Shown here piece after piece: positions 50,422 to 60,729 of a DNA stretch of 64,000 nucleotides; positions within the stretch are counted from its first letter, which is position 1; each line of letters starts with the position of its first letter. The stretch lies in assembly GCA_017458265.1 (NCBI GenBank), contig JAFTFV010000023.1, positions 27,916 to 91,915 of the forward strand, in the 5' to 3' direction. The position numbers were made by a program, and so were the translations under genes. This DNA comes from Bacteroidales bacterium. Lineage in GTDB: Bacteria > Bacteroidota > Bacteroidia > Bacteroidales > UBA932. Below the pieces are notes generated by a model that worked only from the letters and a program-made list of their open reading frames with translations, had not been told where the DNA came from and ran no database searches.

Positions 50422-51402
50422 ATGCTGGAGATTCACGGAAATAGCAGCGTTGTGGCCGCACTTCACTCAATGGTGGAGAGCGGACGCATCCCGCACGCAA
50501 TCCTCTTCCATGAGGATGACGGCGGCGGGGCGTTTCCCATCGTCCTGAATTTCCTGGAAGAGGTGTACGGCGGCTCGCCAAGGGTGCAGAAGCTCATCCA
50601 TGCCGACGTTCACTTCGTCTTCCCCGTGGCAGGGGAGAAGAATCCCGTATCGGCCCAGTTTGCGGCGCCTTTCCGGGAATTGCTGCTGGAGAATCCGTAC
50701 TTTTTTGAAAGTGAGCTGTACAGCGCTATCGGCATAGAGGGGAAGCAAAGCGCCATTTCCGTGGCAGAGGCTCGTTCCATCCTGGACAGTCTTTCGCTGT
50801 CGGCAGTGGAAGGAGGGTACAGGAGCGTTGTGGTGTACCTGCCGGAAAAGATGAACGCGGCAAGCGCCAACGCACTTCTGAAGATGGTGGAGGAGCCGCC
50901 GGAGAATACGCTGTTCCTCCTTATCACGCACGCGCCGGAGAAGGTGCTGGTGACTATCGCCTCCCGCTGCCTGCGCCTGAGGGTGGAACCCCTCTCGGAA
51001 GAGGTCCGGAGCCGCGTCCATGCAGACAGCGCCGCCCGCAACGTGGCTCTCCGGGACAGCTTCCACGACCTTCTGTCGGCAGTTGTCTCGAGGGACCTTC
51101 TTGCCGCCCTTGAGGTGGGTGACTCCCTTGCCGACCTCAAAGACCGCGAACAGCAGAAAGCCTTCTGCGCGGTGGCTTCCGAAAGCCTCCGTAAGATATT
51201 CCTCCTGCAGCAGAAAATGCCGCAGCTGGCGTGCGCAGAGGACGATTTTTATGGGAAGATGGCAGGGGCCCTGCGCCCTGCGTTCCCGCGCCTTGCCCTT
51301 GGCTGTCTGGAAAGGGCCCGCACTCTGATAGAGCGCAACGTGAACCAGAAAATCCTGTTCACCTCCATGGTGACTCAAATATATACTTATGGAACAAGAT
51401 AA
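50422..51402 (+). CDS. holB: DNA polymerase III delta-prime subunit
   Basis: GRIPHAILF, HADVHFVFP, AANALLKMVEEPP, TIASRC. Confidence 0.88.
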   Translation: MLEIHGNSSVVAALHSMVESGRIPHAILFHEDDGGGAFPIVLNFLEEVYGGSPRVQKLIHADVHFVFPVAGEKNPVSAQFAAPFRELLLENPYFFESELYSAIGIEGKQSAISVAEARSILDSLSLSAVEGGYRSVVVYLPEKMNAASANALLKMVEEPPENTLFLLITHAPEKVLVTIASRCLRLRVEPLSEEVRSRVHADSAARNVALRDSFHDLLSAVVSRDLLAALEVGDSLADLKDREQQKAFCAVASESLRKIFLLQQKMPQLACAEDDFYGKMAGALRPAFPRLALGCLERARTLIERNVNQKILFTSMVTQIYTYGTR

Positions 51403-52543
51403 CGAAAATACCCGGTTTGACTGTTTCCGCGGCTGTACCGTTACCGTGGACGAATCTACCGGAGAACGCGATATAAAATACCGTCCCGGCTGCTGCAAGC
51501 TGGAGGTCTATGATGTCCTCAAGGGCATTTCCCAGGAGCAGTGGAACAACTACTTCGAGGTTCGTTTCAAGAATACCAGGAAGGGTATCTACGTGAATGC
51601 ATCCGGCCAGAGCATCAAGATGGGAGACCTGGTGGTTGTAGAGGCCCAGAGCGGCCACGACCTTGGCATCGTAACCCTGGACGGTCCCATCGTGGGCAGG
51701 CAGATGAAGTGCCGCGGAATTGACCCGGAGACCCAGGAAATCAAGAAGATATACCGCAAGGCCCGTCCCTTCGACATCCAGCGCTGGCAGGACGCCATCG
51801 CCCGTGAGGAGGAGACCATGATCCGTTCCAGGGAACTTGCCGCTAATCTTGGCCTGGAGATGAAAATCGGCGACGTGGAGTTCCAGGGAGACGGCACAAA
51901 GGCCATCTTCTACTACATTGCCGACGGCCGCGTAGACTTCCGCCAGCTCATCAAGGATTTTGCCGAGGAGTTCCACATCCGCGTGGAGATGAAGCAGATC
52001 GGTGCCCGTCAGGAGGCAGGTCTCATCGGCGGTCTTGGAGTGTGCGGCAGGGAGCTGTGCTGCGCCAACTATATAACTGAGTTCAAGAGCATTGCAACGT
52101 CGGCGGCCCGTGTCCAGGACCTGTCCCTGAACCCCCAGAAACTGGCCGGCCAGTGCGGCAAGCTCAAGTGCTGCCTCAATTACGAGGTGGCCGCATATAC
52201 AGACGCCCAGGCCCGTCTTCCCCGCGTTTCCGAACCTCTCGAATTCGAGGACGGCCAGGCATTCCTCGTAAAGACTGACATCCTTGCCCAGCGCCTCTTC
52301 TTCTCCTACGAAAAGGGCTCCCTCGTGAACATATATCCCCTTTCTGCCGATGAGGTCCGCGAGGTTCAGGAAATGAACCGCCGCGGTGAGAAGCCGGCAT
52401 CCCTCAAGCAGGATGTCGTAGCCGCTCCGGAGTTCATATCGGCCGTGGGTGACGATGCCATCAACCGCTTCGACCCCGAAAAGAAAAAGAAGCGCCGCAA
52501 AGGCGGGAAAAACCGCCGCGGACGTAACCAGAAAGGCGAATGA
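51389..52543 (+). CDS. ricT: PSP1/RicT (YaaT) family protein
   Basis: EVRFKNTRK, FYYIADGRVDFRQLI, GVCGRELCC, KLAGQCGKLKCCLNYE. Confidence 0.92.
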   Translation: MEQDNENTRFDCFRGCTVTVDESTGERDIKYRPGCCKLEVYDVLKGISQEQWNNYFEVRFKNTRKGIYVNASGQSIKMGDLVVVEAQSGHDLGIVTLDGPIVGRQMKCRGIDPETQEIKKIYRKARPFDIQRWQDAIAREEETMIRSRELAANLGLEMKIGDVEFQGDGTKAIFYYIADGRVDFRQLIKDFAEEFHIRVEMKQIGARQEAGLIGGLGVCGRELCCANYITEFKSIATSAARVQDLSLNPQKLAGQCGKLKCCLNYEVAAYTDAQARLPRVSEPLEFEDGQAFLVKTDILAQRLFFSYEKGSLVNIYPLSADEVREVQEMNRRGEKPASLKQDVVAAPEFISAVGDDAINRFDPEKKKKRRKGGKNRRGRNQKGE

Positions 52544-52944
52544 GGCGTTTCCTTCTGCCGATACTCCTCGTCCTTGCAGTCTCCTGCAGCGAGCCTCTTT
52601 CCACGGAGAAGTTCATCCGCGGGGAGGGGCCGTATGAGTTCACGGTAGAGATGGCTGATTCGCTTGCCCGCTACGATTTCGACCTGTTCACCCGCATAGA
52701 TGCCAAGTCTTGTCCCGGAGAGGCCGCCCTCATGGTGCGCTGGGTTTCTCCTTCGGATTCCACGTTCCGGGAGACGGTGTATCTGCCCCTTAAGTGCGGG
52801 GATGTGTACGAGCCGTACCGCAAGGGGTGTGTCCCCGTTGAGTATGGTACCTGGAAATGCATTGTGGCGGTTCCTGAGGCCGTTTCCATTGACGGGTTCA
52901 GGGGACTTGGACTTGTTGTAAGGAGAGATTATGGGACACGGTAA
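52540..52944 (+). CDS. GldH-like lipoprotein
   Basis: LAVS-C lipobox; position after ricT as in other Bacteroidetes; weak motif match. Confidence 0.55.
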   Translation: MRRFLLPILLVLAVSCSEPLSTEKFIRGEGPYEFTVEMADSLARYDFDLFTRIDAKSCPGEAALMVRWVSPSDSTFRETVYLPLKCGDVYEPYRKGCVPVEYGTWKCIVAVPEAVSIDGFRGLGLVVRRDYGTR

Positions 52945-53722
52945 ACTCAAGAAATTCGCAGAGAACGAGACTTTCCGCTGCCTGCTTCAGCCGGCGGCGT
53001 CGGAGGTGCTTGTAAAGGGCTCGAGGGAGCTGGTTCTCAATGACCACGCAATAAAGGGCAACTGGGGACGGGAGATGTTCGGCAATGACAATCCAATCGT
53101 CCTGGAGCTTGGCTGCGGCGGGGGAGAGTACACCATAGCCCTTGCAGAACGCAATCCTTCCGTGAATTACATCGGGGTGGATATCAAGGGTGCGCGCCTC
53201 TGGAAAGGCGCAAAGTACGCTACCGGGCATGCTCTTCCCAATGTCGCGTTTTTGAGGACGCGCATCGAATTCATTACGGCTTTCTTCGCCCCTTCGGAGG
53301 TATCGGAAATCTGGCTCACTTTCTCTGATCCTCAGCTCTCCGGTTCCGAGAATTCCCGCCTTTCGTCACCCATGTTCCTGGACAGATACCGCAGTTTCCT
53401 TGTCCCGGGCGGCATCATCCATCTCAAGACCGACTCCCGCTTCCTCTACGAATACACCATGTCAGTCATCCGTGCCAATGGCTTAAGAATCATTGAATCC
53501 AGTACCGATGTGTATTCTGACGATATCGGGGGAGTAGTTACAAGCGTGCAGACGTTTTATGAGAAGATGTTTCTGGAGATGGGGCTGCCGATAACCTATT
53601 TGGCGTTCAGGATAGACCATGAGGGGCCGTTTGTGTATCCCACGGATTTCGACGCCGCTTTCTGGCGCGAGGCCGAGGGCCCACGCAGAAGTTTTTCTCA
53701 TCAACCTTCTCCCAAGCAATAG
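52931..53722 (+). CDS. trmB: tRNA (guanine-N7)-methyltransferase
   Basis: LELGCGGGEY, IGVDIKGARL, IWLTFSDP, HLKTD. Confidence 0.95.
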   Translation: MGHGKLKKFAENETFRCLLQPAASEVLVKGSRELVLNDHAIKGNWGREMFGNDNPIVLELGCGGGEYTIALAERNPSVNYIGVDIKGARLWKGAKYATGHALPNVAFLRTRIEFITAFFAPSEVSEIWLTFSDPQLSGSENSRLSSPMFLDRYRSFLVPGGIIHLKTDSRFLYEYTMSVIRANGLRIIESSTDVYSDDIGGVVTSVQTFYEKMFLEMGLPITYLAFRIDHEGPFVYPTDFDAAFWREAEGPRRSFSHQPSPKQ

Positions 53723-53736
53723 TTTGGGAGTTTTTT
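53709..53736 (+). terminator. Intrinsic terminator over the trmB stop
   Basis: CTCCCAA...TTGGGAG stem followed by TTTTTT. Confidence 0.6.
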
Positions 53737-53752
53737 ATTATATTTGTAATCT

Positions 53753-54070
53753 ATGGCAAAGGTTATTTATACAATGGGCGAAACGGCGGAGATTCTGGGA
53801 GAGAATGTGTCTGCCGTGAGGTACTGGAGCAACTACTTCGAACAGTTCGTGAAGCCTGTGAGGAATGCGAAGGGCAACAGGCTCTATCATCCTGAGGATA
53901 TCGAAACCCTAAAGCAGATTCAGTTCCTGGTGAAGGAGCAGGGCCTTACACTGGAGGGTGCCGCGCAGAGGATGAAGGATGACCGCAGGAGCGTAGAGCG
54001 CCGCGTGAAGGCGCTGGATATCCTGAAGGGCATTAAATCGGACCTGGAAGAAGCCAGGAAGCAGCTTTAG
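53753..54070 (+). CDS. MerR family transcriptional regulator
   Basis: YTMGETAEILG..SAVRYWS..PVRNAKGNRLY; TATATTTG at 53739. Confidence 0.9.
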   Translation: MAKVIYTMGETAEILGENVSAVRYWSNYFEQFVKPVRNAKGNRLYHPEDIETLKQIQFLVKEQGLTLEGAAQRMKDDRRSVERRVKALDILKGIKSDLEEARKQL

Positions 54071-54074
54071 GACT

Positions 54075-54860
54075 ATGACTGTAAGGGATATCACAAACGC
54101 GATAGAGGAGTTTGCGCCGCTCTCGCTTCAGGAGAAGTGGGACAACAGCGGGCTTGTAATCGGCTCTCCGGAAGACGCCGTGACGGGAGTCATGGTTGGC
54201 TTTGACTGTACCGTGGAACTCATTGAAGAGGCCCTCCAGAGGGGCTGCAACATGGTTGTGACGCATCATCCGCTCATTTTTGGCGGAGTGAAAAGGATAG
54301 ACGTCAAGGACCCGGTGGGAGCTGCGATTACTGCGGCCGTGAAGGGCGGCGTGGCGGTGTATGCGGCGCACACATCGGCAGACAAGGTTATCCGGGGGGT
54401 GAGCGGGGACATGGCCCGGAAACTGGGGCTGGTGAACGTCGGAATCCTGGAGCCGGACGGGGAGGGTACGGGCCTTGGCTGCATCGGCGATTTTCCGGAG
54501 CCTCTCACTGCCGATGAGGCCCTCGCTGCCGTGAAAAGGGCTTTCGGCCTGAAAATCATACGCCATTCGAAGCCCGTTGATGGCCGCATCCGGAGGGTTG
54601 CGGTGCTTGGCGGAAGCGGCGGCTCGGACGTCGACGCGGCCATGTCGGCAGGGGCGCAGCTGTACATCACGGCAGACGTTTCCTACCACAAGTTCTTCAC
54701 TCCTGAGGGCTTCATGGTCATGGATATAGGCCATTTTGAGAGCGAAGTGGGCATTGTGGACATTTTCTTATCGGAGATAAGGAAAAAAATTCCTACCTTT
54801 GCAAGCTACAAGTCAGCCGTGCTGGACGGGAGCAACCCTGTCCGGTACTTTGGATTGTGA
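54075..54860 (+). CDS. Nif3-like dinuclear metal center protein
   Basis: QEKWDNSGL, VTHHPLIF, YAAHTSAD, YITADV, DIGHFESE. Confidence 0.93.
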   Translation: MTVRDITNAIEEFAPLSLQEKWDNSGLVIGSPEDAVTGVMVGFDCTVELIEEALQRGCNMVVTHHPLIFGGVKRIDVKDPVGAAITAAVKGGVAVYAAHTSADKVIRGVSGDMARKLGLVNVGILEPDGEGTGLGCIGDFPEPLTADEALAAVKRAFGLKIIRHSKPVDGRIRRVAVLGGSGGSDVDAAMSAGAQLYITADVSYHKFFTPEGFMVMDIGHFESEVGIVDIFLSEIRKKIPTFASYKSAVLDGSNPVRYFGL

Positions 54861-54885
54861 AATAATAAATCGATTTATATTTTTT

Positions 54886-55716
54886 ATGGCAAGTACCAAG
54901 AAACCCGCCGCCGCAAAGAAAGTGGAGGCTCCCATCGACCAGAGGGAAACTTTCGTATCCCTGCAGAAGAATTTTGCCGATTCCGACATCTCCGTCGAGG
55001 AGAAGCTCAAGACCCTGTATGAACTCCAGGCTGCCGATTCCGAGATTGACAAGATCGTCCAGCTCCGCGGTGAACTCCCCGCAGAGGTAGCAGCCCTCGA
55101 AGAGGAAATCGCATCCCTCAAGGAGCGCAGCGCAGCCATCTCCGCCGTCATCGACCAGTTCAACCGCAACATTGCCGATGCAAAGCTTTCCATCGCAGAT
55201 CACGAAAGCACCATCGAGAAGTATCAGCGCCAGCTTGAGACCATCTCCAACTCCCGCGAGTACGACTCCCTGAACAAGGAAATCGAGAATCAGGACCTCC
55301 TTCGCCAGATTGACGAGAAGACCATCTACGACACCCGCGCAGCCATCGGCGAAAAGAAGGCTGAACTTGACGAGATCAAGGACCGCCTCACCGTAAGGGC
55401 AGAGGACCTTTCCGCCAAGAAGGAAGAGCTTGACACCATCGTCGAGTCTACAGCCAAGGAAGAGGCCGTGCTCACCGCCCGCCGCGATGAGTGCGCAGCC
55501 AAGATCGACGCCCGTACCATGAGCGCCTACGAACGCATCCGCCAGAGCGTCCACAACCATCTTGCAGTCGTGGGCATCTACAATGGCGACTCCTGCGGAG
55601 GCTGCTTCAACACCATCACACCCCAGCGCAGGGTAGAGATTGCTTCCAACCGCAAGCTCATCATCTGCGAACACTGCGGCCGTATCATCATCAACCCTGA
55701 TTTCGACCAGAAGTAA
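54886..55716 (+). CDS. C4-type zinc ribbon domain coiled-coil protein
   Basis: Long coiled coil, then CGGCFNTI...CEHCGRII; start MASTKK at 54886. Confidence 0.88.
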   Translation: MASTKKPAAAKKVEAPIDQRETFVSLQKNFADSDISVEEKLKTLYELQAADSEIDKIVQLRGELPAEVAALEEEIASLKERSAAISAVIDQFNRNIADAKLSIADHESTIEKYQRQLETISNSREYDSLNKEIENQDLLRQIDEKTIYDTRAAIGEKKAELDEIKDRLTVRAEDLSAKKEELDTIVESTAKEEAVLTARRDECAAKIDARTMSAYERIRQSVHNHLAVVGIYNGDSCGGCFNTITPQRRVEIASNRKLIICEHCGRIIINPDFDQK

Positions 55717-55722
55717 CAAGCC

Positions 55723-57210
55723 ATGCCCGCCCGCAAGAATTCCAAGGAGGAAAACCTGAACATCGAGGCCCTGATGGGGAACAAACCCCCTCAGGCCCTT
55801 GACGTTGAAGAGGCCGTTCTGGGTGCCATGCTGGTGGAACCTTCCACCATCGACGAGGCCATGGAGGAGCTTACTCCCTCCTGCTTCTATGACCAGCACC
55901 ACAGGATGATATTCGAGGCGATGTCGGCCCTTGTGAACGACCACGTCTCCATCGACCTCATCACCGTGAGCGACAAGCTCCGCAGCCTTGGAAACCTTGA
56001 AATCGTGGGCGGCCCGGTGGCCCTCGCCCGCCTGTCCCAGAACATCGGTGCGGCGGCCCACATCGAGTATTACATCAAGATCCTCAAGCAGAAGACCATC
56101 CAGAGGGACCTCATCACCGCTTCCTACGACATCCTGAAGCAGTCCTTCGACGAGTCCACCAACGTTGACGACCTCATCGACAACGCGCAGAGCAAGGTCT
56201 TCGCAGCCATTCAGAACAATGTCAAGAGGGATGTCCAGGACATCGGCTCAATCATCAATTCCGTCCTTGACAACCTGCAGGAGCTTCAGGGTATCACCGG
56301 CCCTTCCGGAGTGCCTTGCGGCTTCCCTTCGATAGACCGTGTAACCCAGGGCTGGCAGAAGAGCGACCTCATCATCCTGGCCGCCCGTCCTTCCGTGGGT
56401 AAGACGGCTTTTGCCCTGAACATTGCCCGCAATGCCGCCGTGGATGCCAATATGCCCGTGGCGGTGTTCTCCCTGGAAATGAGCGCAGACCAGCTTGGAA
56501 AGCGTCTCATCACCACTGAGAGCGGCCTTTCAGGCGAGAAGATCAAGGGTGGCGTGAAACTTGAACAGTATGAGTGGGTCCAGCTTGAAGAGACTCTCAA
56601 GCGCCTTGCCAAGGCGCCGCTGTACATAGACGACACCCCGGGCATTCCCATCATGGAATTCCGCACCAAGGCAAAGCGCCTGGTGAAGCAGAAGGGAGTC
56701 CGCCTCATAGTGGTTGACTACCTCCAGCTCATGCAGGGACCGGCAGAACTCAGGGGCCTTCGCGAACAGGAAGTTGCGGCGATTTCCCGCACCCTCAAGG
56801 CCACGGCAAAGGAGCTGAACGTGCCGATAATCGCCCTCTCGCAGCTTTCCCGTAACGCTGTCCAGAGGACGGGCGGCACAGGAAAGCCCCAGCTGAGCGA
56901 CCTCCGCGAATCCGGCTCCATCGAACAGGATGCCGACATGGTCATCTTCATCCACCGTCCCGACTTCGTAGGAATGTCGGACAACCCCGAAGACAAGGAG
57001 AAGGCCATAATCGTGATTGCAAAGCACCGTAACGGTGAAGTCTGTGACATAGAGCTCAAGTACAAGGCAAACCAGGTGAAATTTGTGGAACCGGACCAGA
57101 GCCTGGACGTTTATGCCACCAGAGGCCCCGTGGCCAGTTCCGTGAACGGCACCATGGGCAGCGCCCCGGCAGACTCCGGTGGTGGTTATGACATAGAAAG
57201 AGATTTTTAA
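55723..57210 (+). CDS. dnaB: Replicative DNA helicase
   Basis: PPQALDVEEAVLGA, AARPSVGKT, FSLEMS, VDYLQLM, DLRESGSIEQDAD, IAKHRNG. Confidence 0.98.
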   Translation: MPARKNSKEENLNIEALMGNKPPQALDVEEAVLGAMLVEPSTIDEAMEELTPSCFYDQHHRMIFEAMSALVNDHVSIDLITVSDKLRSLGNLEIVGGPVALARLSQNIGAAAHIEYYIKILKQKTIQRDLITASYDILKQSFDESTNVDDLIDNAQSKVFAAIQNNVKRDVQDIGSIINSVLDNLQELQGITGPSGVPCGFPSIDRVTQGWQKSDLIILAARPSVGKTAFALNIARNAAVDANMPVAVFSLEMSADQLGKRLITTESGLSGEKIKGGVKLEQYEWVQLEETLKRLAKAPLYIDDTPGIPIMEFRTKAKRLVKQKGVRLIVVDYLQLMQGPAELRGLREQEVAAISRTLKATAKELNVPIIALSQLSRNAVQRTGGTGKPQLSDLRESGSIEQDADMVIFIHRPDFVGMSDNPEDKEKAIIVIAKHRNGEVCDIELKYKANQVKFVEPDQSLDVYATRGPVASSVNGTMGSAPADSGGGYDIERDF

Positions 57211-58035
57211 ATGAAAAGAGGAATTCTCATACTTGTCATGCTCCTTGCATGTGCGCTCTTCCCCCTGAAGGCCCAGAACTGCCTTCCTCAGGGGGCTTCC
57301 CGTAATTTCAAGCCCGGAGAAGAGCTGTCCTATTCGCTTATCTTCAAATGGGGCGCCGTGAATACGGAAGTGGGTCAGGCCAAGGCACTTATAGACTCTA
57401 CGACCTTCCGCGGAGCTCCGGCATACCACTCCGTGCTGCATGTGAAATCGGCCCCGTTCTTTGACGTGTTCTTCAAGATGAGGGAGAACTTCCAGGGATG
57501 GATGTCCCCGGCGGACCTCCGCCCCCTGAAATTCATCAGGGACACCCATGAGGGCAAGTATGCCGCCACCAACCTGTTCTACTACGACTGGAACAGGAAG
57601 GTCATCCATGCCGACGTATCCTCCACTACGCTGGGCACCCGTACGCTGGACATTCCCCTGAGGGAGTGCGTCTACGACATCGGATCCATCCTGTATTTCG
57701 TGAGGAGCATGGATGCGTCGAAGCTGGTCACGGGCCATACTTATCCCCTGACCTTTGCCATTGACGATGAGGCGTTTGACGTGCGCCTCACCTACAAGGG
57801 CAAGAAGACGATAAAGGCCGGCAAACTTGGGAAGGTGCGCTGCACAGAGTTTTCCTGTACGGTTGTGAAGGGAGAGATGTTCTCCGGAGACGAGGAGTTC
57901 CTTTTCTGGATTTCCGATGACGAAAACCGTCTTCCGGTGGGCTTTGTATGCCCCCTCAGGATAGGGTCCGTCAGGGGATGGCTCAAAACTGATTACAAGA
58001 ACCTTAAATACGAATTCTCCTCACGTGTGAAATAA
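57211..58035 (+). CDS. DUF3108-like exported protein
   Basis: Signal peptide, FKPGEELSY, FWISDDENRLPV. Confidence 0.7.
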   Translation: MKRGILILVMLLACALFPLKAQNCLPQGASRNFKPGEELSYSLIFKWGAVNTEVGQAKALIDSTTFRGAPAYHSVLHVKSAPFFDVFFKMRENFQGWMSPADLRPLKFIRDTHEGKYAATNLFYYDWNRKVIHADVSSTTLGTRTLDIPLRECVYDIGSILYFVRSMDASKLVTGHTYPLTFAIDDEAFDVRLTYKGKKTIKAGKLGKVRCTEFSCTVVKGEMFSGDEEFLFWISDDENRLPVGFVCPLRIGSVRGWLKTDYKNLKYEFSSRVK

Positions 58036-58445
58036 TGGCAGGCGAAGTAAGTCATAAGGGAAGGGTGCTCAGTATCACACCTGAGGTCACCACGGTGGCA
58101 ATCGAGCAGCACAGCGCTTGCTCCGAGTGCCACGCAGCGGGGCTCTGTACCCTTTCGGATGTTGTAGAAAAGGCCGTGGAAGTACCCACAAGGCCTTTTG
58201 CCGCTTATAATGTGGGAGACGAAGTGGAGATAGTCCTCAAAGCCTCAATGGGCTTCAAGGCGGTGTGGCTTGCATACTTCATTCCGCTTGTAGTGCTGCT
58301 TGCAGTGATACTGCTGCTGGCATGGCTGGGCGTAGGTGAAGTGGTGGCAGGCCTTTCCGGAATAGGTGCTGTGGGAGTGTATTACTTCTTCCTGTGGCTC
58401 TTCCGGGAAAAACTTAGGAACGAATACACATTTACAATAAAATAA
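58035..58445 (+). CDS. rseC: RseC/MucC family protein
   Basis: EQHSACSECHAAGLC; immediately upstream of rnfB. Confidence 0.85.
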   Translation: MAGEVSHKGRVLSITPEVTTVAIEQHSACSECHAAGLCTLSDVVEKAVEVPTRPFAAYNVGDEVEIVLKASMGFKAVWLAYFIPLVVLLAVILLLAWLGVGEVVAGLSGIGAVGVYYFFLWLFREKLRNEYTFTIK

Positions 58446-58447
58446 CT

Positions 58448-59377
58448 ATGATCAAGATCATCATCTGGACAATTGCAGTGGTGACCGTTCTGGGCCTTGT
58501 GCTCGCACTGGTCCTCTACCTTGTGGCAGAACGCTTCAAGGTTGAGGAAGATCCCCGCATAGACCTGGTAGAGAAGGCAATGCCCGGCGCCAACTGCGGC
58601 GGCTGCGGCTTTGCCGGCTGCCGTGCCTTTGCAGAGAGCGCAGTCAAAGCCCCCAATCTGGACAGCCATTTCTGTCCTGTGGGAGGCAACGACACCATGA
58701 AGAATGTAGCGGCCATCCTGGGTTACGAGGTTAAAGCCAAAGCGCCGGAGGTGGCTGTCATGCGTTGCAACGGTACATGCACTGCCCGCCCCCGCGTGAA
58801 TAATTATGACGGTTATCCTTCCTGCAAGGTGAAGGCTGCGCTGTACAGCGGTGACACCGGCTGTGCATTCGGCTGCCTTGGCTGCGGAGACTGTGTGGCG
58901 GCGTGCCAGTTCGGCGCCCTTTCAATGGATCCCGAGACGGGACTTCCCGTTGTGGACGAAGAGAAGTGCACCGGCTGCGGCGCCTGCTCCAAGGCCTGCC
59001 CCAAGCATATCATCGAGCTCAGGCCCAAGGGCCCGCGCGGAATGAGGGTATTCGTCTCCTGCGTCAACAAGGACAAGGGCCCCGTTGCAAAGAAGGCCTG
59101 CCTGAACGCATGTATCTGCTGCGGTATCTGCGTGAAGACCTGCACCCACGAGGCAATCGTCATGGAGAACAATATCGCCTATATCGACGCTTCCAAGTGC
59201 AAGCTTTGCCGCGAGTGCGAGGCCATGTGCCCCACCGGAGCAATCCATGGCGTGGGATTCCCCAAGCCGCTTGACAAGGATGCCGTGAAGGAACGCATCA
59301 AAATCCGTCAGCAGAAGGCCAAGGAGGCCGCTGCAGCAGCTGCTGCTGAACCCGTAAAGAAGGAGGTTGAGGCATGA
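58448..59377 (+). CDS. rnfB: Rnf complex subunit B
   Basis: MPGANCGGCGFAGC and several CxxCxxCxxxCP ferredoxin motifs. Confidence 0.93.
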   Translation: MIKIIIWTIAVVTVLGLVLALVLYLVAERFKVEEDPRIDLVEKAMPGANCGGCGFAGCRAFAESAVKAPNLDSHFCPVGGNDTMKNVAAILGYEVKAKAPEVAVMRCNGTCTARPRVNNYDGYPSCKVKAALYSGDTGCAFGCLGCGDCVAACQFGALSMDPETGLPVVDEEKCTGCGACSKACPKHIIELRPKGPRGMRVFVSCVNKDKGPVAKKACLNACICCGICVKTCTHEAIVMENNIAYIDASKCKLCRECEAMCPTGAIHGVGFPKPLDKDAVKERIKIRQQKAKEAAAAAAAEPVKKEVEA

Positions 59378-60723
59378 GTAAGCATACTTTCTCCATAGGC
59401 GGCGTACACCCGCATGACAGCAAGATTTCAAGGGAATGCGCTATTGAAAAGCTCCCTCTTGCTCCCACAGTGTATATCCAGCTTTCCCAGCATATCGGCG
59501 CCCCCGCAAAGCCCGTTGTGGCAGTAGGGGACAAGGTGAAGGTGGGACAGGTCATCGCCGAGCCCGGCGGCTTCGTGAGCGCCTTCATCCACTCTTCAGT
59601 GAGCGGTACCGTGAAGTCCATCGCCCCCAGGGCAGACCTCGCCGGCAACCCCCAGATGTGCATCGAGATTGCAGTTGAAGGTGACGACTGGGCTGACGGC
59701 ATCGACACCTCCGACACCCTCATTACCGACATCCCCGAGGACAACAAGGCCATCATCGAGAAGATCCGCCTTGGCGGTGTCGTGGGCCTTGGCGGTGCAA
59801 CCTTCCCCACTCATGTGAAGCTTTCCCCGCCTCCCGGCTCCAAGTGCGACAGGGTTATCATAAACGGCTGCGAATGTGAGCCTTACCTCACTTCCGACTT
59901 CCGCACCCTCCTTGAAAAGGGAGAGCAGGTGGTGGTTGGCGCAGCTATCCTCAGGCAGGTAATGGGAAATGTTCCCTGCACCATCGCAATCGAGGAAAAC
60001 AAGCCTGAGGCCATCGCCCATATCAATGAGGTGATCGGCAAACTTGGTTATAAGGGCATTGACGTGATGCCCATGAAGATGCGTTATCCGCAGGGCGGTG
60101 AAAAGCAGCTCATCGACGCTGTGATGCACCGTCAGGTGGGCTCCGGAGCACTGCCCATCAGTGTCGGCGCCGTGGTCCAGAACGTGGCCACCGCACTTGC
60201 CGTGTATGATGCCGTGCAGAAGAACAAACCCATAGTGGACAATTCCGTGACCGTGACGGGCGAGTGCTTCCCCCGTCAGGCCAACCTCCTGGTGAGGGTC
60301 GGTACACCTCTGCGCTATATCATCGACTACCTTGGCGGCGTTCCCGAGAATGCAGTTAAGGTTATCAGCGGCGGTCCCATGATGGGCCGTGCAGTCGCCA
60401 ACCTCGACGCTGCTACCCTCAAGGGAACAGGCGCCCTCCTCTTCCTCACCGCAGAGCAGACCCTCCGCGCCCCCGAGACCAACTGCATCCGCTGCGGCAA
60501 GTGTGCCGATGCATGTCCCATGGGCCTGGAACCCTTCCTCCTGAACCGCCTTGCCAAGGCCGACAAGCTGGAAGACCTGGAGAAGAACGCAGTTCAGGAC
60601 TGCATCGAATGCGGCTGCTGCCTCTACTCCTGCCCTGCACACATTCCTCTGCTTGACAATATCCGTATGGCCAAGGGAGCAGTCCTGGGAGCCATCCGCG
60701 CACGCGCCGCGGCTAAAAAGTAA
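59374..60723 (+). CDS. rnfC: Rnf complex subunit C
   Basis: QHIGAPA, GVVGLGGATFPT, NGCECEPYL, YPQGGEKQL, CIECGCC. Confidence 0.96.
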   Translation: MSKHTFSIGGVHPHDSKISRECAIEKLPLAPTVYIQLSQHIGAPAKPVVAVGDKVKVGQVIAEPGGFVSAFIHSSVSGTVKSIAPRADLAGNPQMCIEIAVEGDDWADGIDTSDTLITDIPEDNKAIIEKIRLGGVVGLGGATFPTHVKLSPPPGSKCDRVIINGCECEPYLTSDFRTLLEKGEQVVVGAAILRQVMGNVPCTIAIEENKPEAIAHINEVIGKLGYKGIDVMPMKMRYPQGGEKQLIDAVMHRQVGSGALPISVGAVVQNVATALAVYDAVQKNKPIVDNSVTVTGECFPRQANLLVRVGTPLRYIIDYLGGVPENAVKVISGGPMMGRAVANLDAATLKGTGALLFLTAEQTLRAPETNCIRCGKCADACPMGLEPFLLNRLAKADKLEDLEKNAVQDCIECGCCLYSCPAHIPLLDNIRMAKGAVLGAIRARAAAKK

Positions 60724-60729
60724 TTGACT

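Noticed and set aside
50422-52944. holB-ricT-gldH-like adjacency
   Set aside because: Commonly conserved synteny, not novel
55723-57210. Possible intein in dnaB
   Set aside because: Length (495 aa) and motif continuity are normal; no intein signature
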